A stretch of DNA of 64,000 bases from positions 25,983-89,982 of the forward strand of contig NIVC01003580.1 in NCBI GenBank assembly GCA_002269645.1, read 5' to 3'. Below are positions 23,787-35,300 of the stretch, piece by piece. How positions within the stretch are numbered: position 1 is the stretch's first letter; each line of letters begins with the position of its first letter. The DNA comes from Macrostomum lignano (lineage: Eukaryota). The position numbers and the translations under genes are program-made. The notes beneath the pieces were generated by a model that was not told where the DNA came from, made no database searches, and worked only from the letters and a program-made list of their open reading frames with translations.

Positions 23787-26700
23787 CTACCGCTGACCAG
23801 CTGCGGCGTTGTCCAGACTATCAGTTGACGCCTGCATCACCGCAGGCGCCGGTTCCGGGTCTCGAGCCAGCGGCTCAATGCTATCGACACTGGCAGCCAT
23901 GTGCGCGTCAGACAGAGAATCAATATCACTGGCCGCCATTACAGATGAGTCCATGCTTGTGTCCAGTAGGCCAACCTCTGGTTGGCCGGCAACACCCGCA
24001 GCCTGAGACTGCCGCACCGACGACTGTCGCACCGATGACGCGTCCTCATCGTCGTCTGCTCCGTCGAGACTGTCAGCATCTTGACGATCTTCTTCGGCGC
24101 TCTCTGTAGGAGGTGCAACAGCTGCTGGTAGATGTTGGCCCTGCGGCTGGAGGCTGTCATCCGACCCGCGAGCTGAAGTAAGAATCTCCTGGATGCGCCT
24201 GTAACTGCTGCTTGGCTGTTCCACGGCTGGAGAAGGAGTCGATGGAGCTGCCGCTGCTGGAGAGCTAGTAACGGCTTCAGCGCCCGCACCTGGCGCTGTA
24301 GGTGAGGCGTCCTTTTCTTGCACCACAGAATCCGGCGAGAGCTCACCTGTAGGCAGTTGACCAGCTTCCAAAGCTTGTGCAATCTTTGATGCTTCCGAGA
24401 ATAGCTCATCATCCCCAGCCGATTGTTCAAGCTTTTCAAATTCGGCTAATGATGAAGACTTCGACGAGTCGAGTGCTCCAGCCTCCTCTAGCGGGCTTTC
24501 AGGAAGCGGCTGGCGCCAAAAATCGCCTGGCGAGCCAACTGACTCACACTCCCGTTCAAGGCGCTCAAACTCTACTAAAGACGAGCTGACGGACCTGGGA
24601 CCCTGATTGACACCCTCGCCGCTTGAGGATGACTTTTTCAAAGATGATTCGCTTGCCTGTTGAGATATCTCATTCTCTAACCGTTCAAACTCGGCCAAAG
24701 ATGATGGAATCGAGGACGAAGTTGACTGATCATCAGCAGACCTTGCTTGGCCTGTCTGAGGGAGCGATGCATTGCTGCTCGGGCTCTTCTTCCTCAGTCG
24801 TATCGGCTCGGAATGAAGACTGCTGTCGGAGGGTGCCGAACTCACCTTACCTGCTTCATCAGTGCCTGAAATCAGCTCATAGTCTTCTAGAGAGTCTTTT
24901 GATGTTGAAAACTCGGATAGCATCGGGTCTTGGGCTGTTGTTGCATCCGAGCTGCATGACTGCGTCATTAATTCCGGAAATCGGTCATGCTTCGGAACAA
25001 CAGTTGTTTGACTCGAAACACTAGATGGTTCTGAAATCTCGGAAAACTCCTGCTGCTCTTCCTCGGCTACGATCTCGAAGCCTACTTTCGGAGCCGATCT
25101 TGGCACTAGTGGGCGAGGAATCTGCGACGTTCTTGCTTTGGATGCACTTTGTTTTTCCTCCTCTTTTTTATCTGCATCCGTTTCGGGGGAGCTCTCAGGT
25201 GTTTCCTTGAGCTCAATAATTGGTGAGAGTATGTTGTCCTCAATGAGAACCTTCTCAATTCCCTTGTTAGTCAAGTACACGTAGGATTCTTCCTGTTCTG
25301 TCAACGACTCGGCGGATGAGCCGGGCTCATCTAGAATGTTAGGATCATCCCTATCGTCGAACTCGGGACCAAAATCCTCTCCTTCCAAAAGTTCGCCCTC
25401 CATTTCCAGCAAGTGCTTCTCAGCTGATAGCTCAGCTTCCAATGCCTTCTCTTCCAGCTCAGGAGTGTCGACAATATCTCCTTTCATTATCTTCACTGCT
25501 TCATTTTCAAAGTCGATGGCCAGTTCCTCTTCGTGTAACGATTGATCCAGCGTTTCCTGAGCCGACCGTTCAAACTCTTCGGACTCGATCTGTTCTGCTG
25601 CGCCAAATATAGCGCTCATAACAATCCGCTCAGCAAAGGGCTTAAACTCTTTTTCATCCAAGGATACTTTATCAGCGATAGGTTGTGGCTCATCAGGAAG
25701 ATCAATTTCTTCATATCCTGGTCTCGATGCAAAACGCAGTTTTCTCTGCAAGTCCATCTTCAACAGGGAGTCATCCGGACTCGGAGACCTCGGACGTGAT
25801 GGAAAATCACTCAGCTGCTCAAGCTCGGCCTCAGCGTCAGTATCAGTCGGTCCAAAGCTGGGCAGATCTGAAGACTGTTGACGTGATGAGGTCCATGATG
25901 CGAATCCGGTTAGAACCTCGGCTTGTCTAAGGGCTGCAATTCCTGGCCGCAATGCCTCCGGCGTCTCTAAAAGTCCTTCCGGCTCAAGAACCTCCGCCTC
26001 CTCACACTCAGAACTATGCATTGTATCATGCCCCGCAAGTGTAGACGCTACATCACTGGTAATCGATGCCGAAGCATCAGTACCTTCGTCTTCGCGATGA
26101 CTTCCCTTCTGCTGATGCTGTTCTTCTGAGGGTAATGCTTTCGCGTGAGCTGCGTCTTCAGGTTCCATAATCAATATAAAACCACTGTCATCTTGGCTGT
26201 GACTATCCTCTGTAGTTGATGGCCCAACTACGTGGTCCTGAACACTAATTCCAGAGCTCGGTTGGTCACTAGATCGAGATGTATCTTGGCTCAACGAAGA
26301 GATGTCTCTTGGTAGTGCTCGGCTATCGTCCGATGGCATGTCGAAGCCCTCCAATGTTGTACAAGAGTCCAGCATATTTTGTGGATCAAAAGCCTGAGCA
26401 TTACGGTCGGACGATGCTTCAGACGCTTCTTCCTCTTCTTCAGCAATAGGCTCCTTCCAACTGGGCTTGTGGTCGACAACTTCGTCGTCAGATACTGGGC
26501 TATTCTCTGGTTCGATTGGAAACTGACAGCCCTGATCGTCTGGCGTCTCAGCAGCCGAAGGCGGACCTGAATGCCCATAGCTCTCCTCTGATGGGGTTGC
26601 TGCAGCGATAGCTTCAGCAGTTTCTTCGCTGGTGCTTTTTCCCGATTCGAGGGCCAATTCCAAGTCTCTTGGTGGTTTTTTAATTACAGATTCGCACGAC

Positions 26701-29320
26701 TCTGGTGTTGGGTTCTCAAGCACAGAGGTCGGTGAAGGTGGACTAGGGCTTGTTGGCTCATCTTTTTCCAAATTTTGAAACACTGGATGCATATGATGAG
26801 CGACATGCTGCTTCGGCTCTGATTCAGTCGCACCAGTAGTACTCTGGTCCCCTTGGACAAGAGGAAAAGCTTCCTTTCCAAAAACAGTGCGCGTCTGATC
26901 GGATGCGTGTGAAATCTGGTCTTTAGGTATGCATGACAAAAGTGTCTCAGTTGAATGAAGAGCTGGTTCTGACCTTTCTGATGGAGTTTGTGCCTTAGGG
27001 ATCGTTGTAGCTTCCTGCTCAGGTGTCGTTTTGTCATCAGATAGTGGAAGAGGACTCTTGCCAAGACGCTGTTCAACCGTTTGTTCAGGGGGCTCCTCAG
27101 CCGAAACTGGGCTCTCGCGAAGATGCTGTTGGGAGGGCTCCTCAATCAGAACAGGGCTCTCGCGAAGATGCTGTTGAGATGGCTCCTCAATCGGAACAGG
27201 GCTCTCGCGAAGATGCTGTTGAGATGGCTCCTCAATCGGAACAGGACTCTCGCGAAGATGCTGTTGAGATGGCTCCTCAGCCGAAACAGGGCTCTCGCGA
27301 AGATGCTGTTGGGAGGGCTCCTCAGTCGGAACAGGGCTCTCGCGAAGATGCTGTTGGGAGGGCTCCTCAGTCGGAACAGGGCTCTCGCGAAGATGCTGTT
27401 GAGATGGCTCCTCAGCCGAAACAGGGCTCTCGCGAAGATGCTGTTGGGAGGGCTCCTCAATCGGAACAGGGCTCTCGCGAAGATGCTGTTGGGAGGGCTC
27501 CTCAGTCGGAACAGGGCTCTCGCGAAGATGCTGTTGGGAGGGCTCCTCAGTCGGAACAGGGCTCTCGCGAAGATGCTGTTGAGATGGCTCCTCAGCCGAA
27601 ACAGGGCTCTCGCGAAGATGATGTTGGGAGGGCTCCTCAATCGGAACAGGGCTCTCGCGAAGATGCTGTTGAGAGGGCTCCTCAGTCAGAACAGGGCTCT
27701 CGCGAAGATGCTGTTCGGGTGGCTCCTCTGTCGTAACCGGACGCTGGCGAAGCTCATCAGCTGGTCGAGTGGACTCTTTAGTCGTAACTGGACTCCTGCG
27801 AAGGCACTTTTCATCTGCTGATTGAATTTCCTGCACGGAGCTTTGGCCCATCTTTTGTGCCGCTTGATACAACGGTTGAGACACCAGCGTAGCCTCAGAA
27901 ATCTGCTGCTTATCGATCAGACTAGGCTGTTCTCTCGTTAATAGGCTTTTCATAAGTTTGTGACTCTCATGCAATTCAATTGCCGATAATGGTGGATCAG
28001 AGCTAGTTGAGGAGGCAGCTAATTTGTCGAAATCGCTTCCTACAGCTTCTGTTTTTTTCTCCTCGGATGTCGATGCTTTTGGACTGGGATCAATCACCAA
28101 AGTTTCAGGTGAAAACTCCTCCTCCATCTGCTCTGGTATTGAACGGAACACATCATCTGCTTCTGAACCTGGTTCCTCCCTCTCGTCTTTCGTATCTGGA
28201 GACTTAGAGCCTGCAGTTGCCGTTGATGCAAACATACACTCTGGAATATCCTCCTGGATCTTAAAGCCAAACAGCTCAATGTCGCCGTGGATGCCTCTGT
28301 ATCGGCTGTCAATATCTACGGCAGCCTCTTCGATCAGCTTTTCTGCTCGCTGAATGCGCTCGTCAAATCCTTTATCAACGTCGCTGCCCTCCTCTTCCGT
28401 AATCCGACCCATTGCCTCTGACTGCTGCGACAACGGCTCCGTTGGTAAAAAAAGCTTATAAGCGTCATCAGGCGACTGAACAGGACTATCCAACTTCTCT
28501 TCCATTTTTCTGGATGAGTACTCTGAAGATAACAATAAAGAAAATGTAGATTGCTCGTCTTTCACGGGGGAGATAAGTTCTTCGGGTCGAATTCCACCTT
28601 CGTGAAACAGCTCCTTGCGAATAGGAAGGCTGCGAGAGTCTTGGCCTGGACCACCTCGCTTCTCATCATCATCATCTTCATAAGTAGAAGCGCAAGCCGA
28701 TGATGCGCTGTCAACGTCAGCAAAACCAACTGCACCCTCTGAGAGCTCATCGGTCGGCGCGTCTGTTTGAAGTGACGAGCCTTCGTCTTCAGCATCAGTG
28801 TCTAAGATACCGGATGGTGCCGTTGTGGTGCTGGCTCCATCTTCATCCTGATCGTCTGTTCGGTCAATTTCCATTGCGCTGGCTCCCTCCTCTGCTTTTG
28901 GAAACGACTCCTCCAATACATCGCTGCTAACCAACTCGGCTGTCTGACTAAGCACAGGGGACGAGTCGCGCTCCGATGAGGAGAGTTCAAGGGCCGGGTA
29001 ATCGGCTGGTAGGCTTTCTTCCACTGGTGTGGAGGCAGCTGTGTCGTGCTGATACAAGTTGCATTGCGACACGGATTTTGATGCGTCGCTGATTGATTTC
29101 TCCTCTACTACTGGCGTTGCGTCGGGCGTGGTGAGCGCACTGTCTATGGCCTGATGCAGCATCTCAGTGCGCACGCCTGCCTCGAATTCGAACGCTCTTA
29201 ACTTAAGAGCATTAAGACTGTGCCTGCGAGCCTCTGCACCAGGGGAGGAGCTTTGGGATTCTTCCATCGCTGAGGTGAGGGCGGGACTCTGGGTTGGACC
29301 GGAGGGACCAGCATGGGTCA
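23787..29320 (-). CDS. ANK: Ankyrin giant exon 2 (terminal, ~5.5 kb, ~1,844 aa, E/S/P-rich)
   Basis: Uninterrupted ORF. Strong acceptor TTTCATTTTGCCGCAG|TG, phase 1, matches the upstream donor at 30905. Stop TAG at 23787. Confidence 0.8.
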
Positions 29321-32300
29321 CTGCGGCAAAATGAAAAAAAGTGGATACAGATTTTAGTTTATATGAATTAGTTGGTTGTGATATACGTTAAATTCTTAAT
29401 ACTGACTTTAAACTGGGTGCGATCAAGTAAAAACTGCTGAGCACTATTTTGCTGCTTAAACAATGAGCTAAAAAAGCAACACTAATGAGGAACACGTATA
29501 TTGGCCTAACAGACTTGCGCTAACCTACATGATAATGCGTTGCAGCGGAATAGGCGGATAGAAACATGTTCTGAGTTAAAGATGCAAATGAATGAATGTA
29601 TTTGGCAGTAAAAGGCACGAAATCTTACAATAGCATCGCTAAGGTGACATGCCAAAATTTCGTGCTTAGGCCACTTCAACAACAGCGACATTGACACAGC
29701 TGGACTTCTCGAACGCACTGACTTTTCTCTTTCTATTCCGGATATAGTTCTATAAACGACATGCAACGCCTAAAGCTTTTATAGGCTAAAATATAAAGCT
29801 ATACAATATCCTTGAATATCTCCCTACTTCACTGGGTCAGTGTCAGTTGCCAAAGTGTAATAATGCTTCATTTCATTCTCAGACAAAGGAGAGCGGCAGT
29901 GATTCATGTTGATTCTTGACAGAAAAATTATACACGGGTGGATATACTTTATAGGAAAAAAAGTAATCGGCGCGCAAACGAGAAATTCGGCTTCATAAAT
30001 TTTGACTCAAAAAAGCAATTCTACTGAGGCCAAAAAGTAAATATGACCGCCAGGCAGTCTCTAGTGAACTGAGTGTGAAACAGGGGAGAAAGTATCTGAT
30101 TCTCAATGTCCGTTCTTGCACACTACAGAGCAGTTAGAGCACGCTTCAAGTCGCTTATTTTCATCCGGCTCTCACTGTGTTTACCGCCCAACCCGAGACG
30201 GGCGCCTAGTCAATCAAATTCGTGGCGTTGGTTGCCGAAACAAGGGCCGCTAATGATCTAACGGGGTTGCTCCCGTCTGGATATTGATTTTCCTTCTTCC
30301 CTTGGCCCGTTACTGCATTGGCTGCATACACACTGGTAGGCTTATGCCTGTGCTATTGCTGGCACTCGTGAATCCCTAATGAATGATGTCGCCCGTCTAC
30401 TTGTCCAACTCTATTTATTTGATTGTCACTTTCTGTGAAGCGAAACTCTAATGTAAATAGTGATTCTGAGTACAAGTACAATGAAAGATGAATAAGATTT
30501 AGCGAAGTGTTCACTAGTCCGCTGCAGCTAACGAACGAGTTCTAATGAGAAAACTTAAATGAGAGATTAAAGTTGTTTCATGCACTTGTGGATTAGTTAG
30601 TGCAGCTATCAGCAAGCACGTGAGGTTATTCAAACGGGAGATTGTGTCTAGCAGATCAGCTCGGCCGTTATATAATATTGTTACTGGGAGAATCACTTCA
30701 TAATTTGTGAGAATAAATCATTAGAATCAAGCAAAGTCGGGATAAGAGAGTTAAACGGGGCTTATAATTTTTTAAATTAATTATCTGTTTAAACTAATCA
30801 ACTGTTCCGGATTCAGTTGTTCCAAGATTGTTATGCCTAGAAGTTATGAAGCAAAGCGATTAGTCTGTGCTAGCAAACACATTGATACGCCTTGTGCATC
30901 TGACCTTCCAGCAGCTTTTCTTCCAGATCGCTGTCCTCCAAATCGTCGCTGGATAGTTCGTCAACTTCAACGTCGACAACAAACTTTCCACGCAGCAGAA
31001 TCTTTCGGTCAAAGGCTGCGTCAACTATCGAGACCTGATCGCCTGCCTCATTGACTTCGTCCTTACTCTCAACATCTGGCGCTTCTGTGTTGTCCACCAA
31101 GACTTCCTCATACTGAAAACTTCCTTGATTGATAGGCGAAGCCATCAGGTCACTGCGGCTTCCCATGGCAAGATTTTCTCGACTAGACTCATAATACTGG
31201 GCAAACCCTTTCGTCCGATTTCGGCGCTTAATTACTGACTTAGTTGTGGTCAATAAACCGTCGTTGTCCACCTCTTCCTCGTCATTCTCGGTGTCTTGAT
31301 CGCACTCGAACTGCCAGGTTTCTCGTTTCTGCTGCACCCGATTAACCAGAGTTGCCTCCATGTCTATATCCTCGTCGAGCAGACTACTAAGGCTCTGGCC
31401 TAAATTCTCTTCGTTGCCTCGGTTCTTCTCCTGGGAAAGCACTGAGTTATCTAAAGCATCCCGGTAGTTCTCCAGATCTTCCCAGAGAAACTGCGATGCT
31501 GTTGAACGAAACTCGTTCGAGTCGTAGCAACTACGACGGCTGTAGCTAGGCACAAAATCATTCTCCATCATCTCCAACTCGTACACGATCGTAGTTCTGC
31601 GGCTCTCTGTCACGGTCTCTAGTTGGGTTAGCTCTTCCAATTTGCTTCTCAAAACAGCTGTTGTAGTGCTTGTTTCTTCAACTGTATCCATGCTACTGCT
31701 ACAATTCGTTTCCTGTTCTTCCTGCCCGAAACTTCGCCTGACAGTGCCGCTATTTTTATTTTCATTCTGCATTGCCGCTCTGATAGCTGCCTCCGCGTCT
31801 GCTTCGTCGCTATCGGTCAAAGATTTGGTAAAATTGTCCGTCGATTCGTACTCCACAGAATGTGTGTCACGAGCATCTTCGGTTACTAGACTTCTCACTG
31901 TAGTTGTGGTAGTTACAGTGCTTGTTGCAGACAAGCTGGCTGAATTCAACAATGATTTGTCGCTGACTTCCGTGACGATTTTTATGTTTTCGCACGAATC
32001 ACTCCACCGAAGGGTCGGGTATCTGTCCAACTCGGAATCCAGGAACTGTGACGCGGTGGAGCGCAGATCTGCATCATCTAGGAGTTTTCCATGCGTGTAG
32101 CTGGGAGTTAAATCTTGCGCATCGTACTCGATCTCATAAATTATTTCTATCTTACTAGTTAAATCAGAAGACTTCATCTCCTCTCCAGCTTCCGCAACAG
32201 TCGTTGTTCTTGTCTTGCGCGAGATCTCGGAATAATCGGAATTCCTCTGAGACGAATCAACACTGACCTTGTCTTTCTTGTCTGTCTTTGATACCCCTTT

Positions 32301-35300
32301 CCTGATATTGCGTCCGGTTCGTGCGTCATTTTTTACGCCTGTCGACCGTGTCGGAGTGTTTTCAATTGTCTCCTCCACCAAGTCATCGGGCCCAACTTCG
32401 ACTATTGTATATGCGTTTCCAGACTGTCTCGATTGCGTGTCTGGGCCAACAGCGTCTGACTTATCACCGGTTATCTCACCAGTTTTCTCTTGTTGAATAA
32501 CCTTGCCTGATCTATGGACTGATCCAAGGTCAGTACTTTCAATAACAGTGCTAGTGTTAGTTATCTTCCGTGTCACACTCGACACAGTCACACCAGATTT
32601 ATTCAACTGGTCTGAAATTTGTTTCTGCTTATCTGTACATTTCAGTTGCTCCTCAGTCGTCTCAGTGGTAACTCCAGGACACACCTGGATGTCGGTCTCC
32701 GATGTCTCAGTGACTTCGAGTTCAGGGGTAACTCCAGGACACACCTGGATGTCGGTCTCCGATGTCTCAGTGACTTCGAGTTCAGGGGTAACTCCAGGAC
32801 ACACCTGGACGTCGGTCTCCGATGTCTCAGTGACTTCGAGTTCAGTGGTAACTCCAGGACACACCTGGATGTCGGTCTCCGATGTCTCAGTGACTTCGAG
32901 TTCATTGGTAACTCCAGGACACACCTGGACGTCGGTCTCCGATGTCTCAGTGACTTCGAGTTCATTGGTAACTCCAGGACACACCTGGATGTCGGTCTCC
33001 GATGTCTCAGTGACTTGCAGCTGCTCCTCTGTCGTCTCAGTGGTAACTCCAGGACACACCTGGATGTCGGTCTCCGATGTCTCAGTGACTTCGAGTTCAG
33101 GGGTAACTCCAGGACACACCTGGATGTCGGTCTCCGATGTCTCAGTGACTTCGAGTTCAGTGGTAACGCCAGGACACACCTGGATGTCGGTCTCCTTCGA
33201 GTCTTCGAGTTTAGGGGTAACTCCAGGACACACCTGGACGTCGTCGGTCTCCGATTTCTCAGTGACTTCTAGTTGCTCCTCTGTCATCTCAGTGGTAACT
33301 CCAGGACACACCTGGATGTCGGTCTCCGATGTCTCATTGACTTCGAGTTCAGGGGTAACTCCAAGACACACCTGGACGTCGGTTTCCGATGTCTCAGTGA
33401 CTTCGAGTTCAGGGGTAACTCCAGGACACACCTGGATGTCGGTCTCCGATGTCTCAGTGACTTCGAGTTCAGTGGTAACTCCAGGACACACCTGGATGTC
33501 GGTCTCCGATGTCTCAGTGACTTCCAGCTGCTCCTCAGACGTCTCAGTGGTAACTCCAGGACACACCTGGATGTCGGTCTCCGATGTCTCAGTGACTTCC
33601 AGCTGCTCCTCTGTCGTCTCAGTGGTAACTCCAGGACACACCTGGATGTCGGTCTCCGATGTCTCAGTGACTTTGAGTTCAGTGGTAACGCCAGGACACA
33701 CCTGGATGTCGGTCTCCTTCGAGTCTTCGAGTTTAGGGGTAACTCCAGGACACACCTGGACGTCGGTCTCCGATGTCTCAGTGACTTCCAGTGGTAACTC
33801 CAGGACACACCTGGATGTCGGTCTCCGATGTCTCAGTGCTTCGAGTTCAGGGTAACTCCAGGACACACCTGGACGTCGGTCTCCGATGTCTCAGTGACTT
33901 CAGATGTCTCAGACTTCGAGTTCAGTGGTAACTCCAGGACACACCTGAATGTCGGTCTCCGATGTCTCAGTGACTTCCAGTGCTCAGTGGTAACTCCAGG
34001 ACACACCTGGACGTCGGTCTCCGATGTCTCAGTGACTTCGAGTTCAGGGTAACTCCAGGACACACCTGGACGTCGGTCTCCGATGTCTCAGTGACTGCTC
34101 GAGTCTCAGTGGTAACTCCAGGACACACCTGGACGTCGGTCTCCGATGTCTCAGTGACTTCCAGTTCAGTGGTAACTCCAGGACACACCTGGACGTCGGT
34201 CTCCGATGTCTCAGTGACTTCGAGTTCAGGGTAACTCCAGGACACACCTGGACGTCGGTCTCCGATGTCTCAGTGACTTGCAGCTGCTCCTCTGTCGTCT
34301 CAGTGGTAACTCCAGGACACACCTGGATGTCGGTCTCCGATGTCTCAGTGATTTCCAGCTGCTCCTCTGTCGTCTCAGTGGTAACTCCAGGACACACCTG
34401 GATGTCGGTCTCCGATGTCTCAGTGACTTCGAGTTCAGTGGTAACTCCAGGACACACCTGGACGTCGGTCTCCGATGTCTCAGTGACTTCGAGTTCAGTG
34501 GTAACTCCAGGACACACCTGGACGTCGGTCTCCGATGTCTCAGTGACTTGCAGCTGCTCCTCAGACGTCTCAGTGGTAACTCCAGGACACACCTGGATGT
34601 CGGTCTCCGATGTCTCAGTGACTTCCAGAGTTCAGTGAACTCCTGGACGTCGGTCTCCGATGTCTCAGTGACTTCGAGTTCAGTGGTAACTCCAGGACAC
34701 ACCTGGACGTCGGTCTCCGATGTCTCAGTGAGTTCTCCTCGAGTCTCAGTGTAACTCCAGGACATTCGAGGACAACACACTGGGTCTCACTGCTCTGGTC
34801 TCCAGACAGTCTGTCTCCGATGTCTCAGTGATTTCCAGCTGCTCCAGTGGTAACTCCAGGCACCTCCTCGACTCACTGACTTCCAGTTCAGTGGTAACTG
34901 CAGGGCACACCTGGACGTCGGTCTCCGATGTCTCAGTGACTTTGAGTTCAGTGGTAACTCCAGGACACACCTGGATATCGGTCTCCGATGTCTCAGTGAC
35001 TTTCAGCTGCTCCTCAGACGTCTCAGTGGTAACTCCAGGACACACCTGGATGTCGGTCTCCGATGTCTCAGTGACTTCGAGTTCAGTGGTAACTCCAGGA
35101 CACACCTGGACGTCGGTCTCCGATGTCTCAGTGACTTCGAGTTCATTGGTAACTCCAGGACACACCTGGACGTCGGTCTCCGATGTCTCAGTGACTTGCA
35201 GCTGCTCCTCAGACGTCTCAGTGGTAACTCCAGGACACACCTGGATGTCGGTCTCCGATGTCTCAGTGATTTCCAGCTGCTCCTCTGTCGTCTCAGTGGT

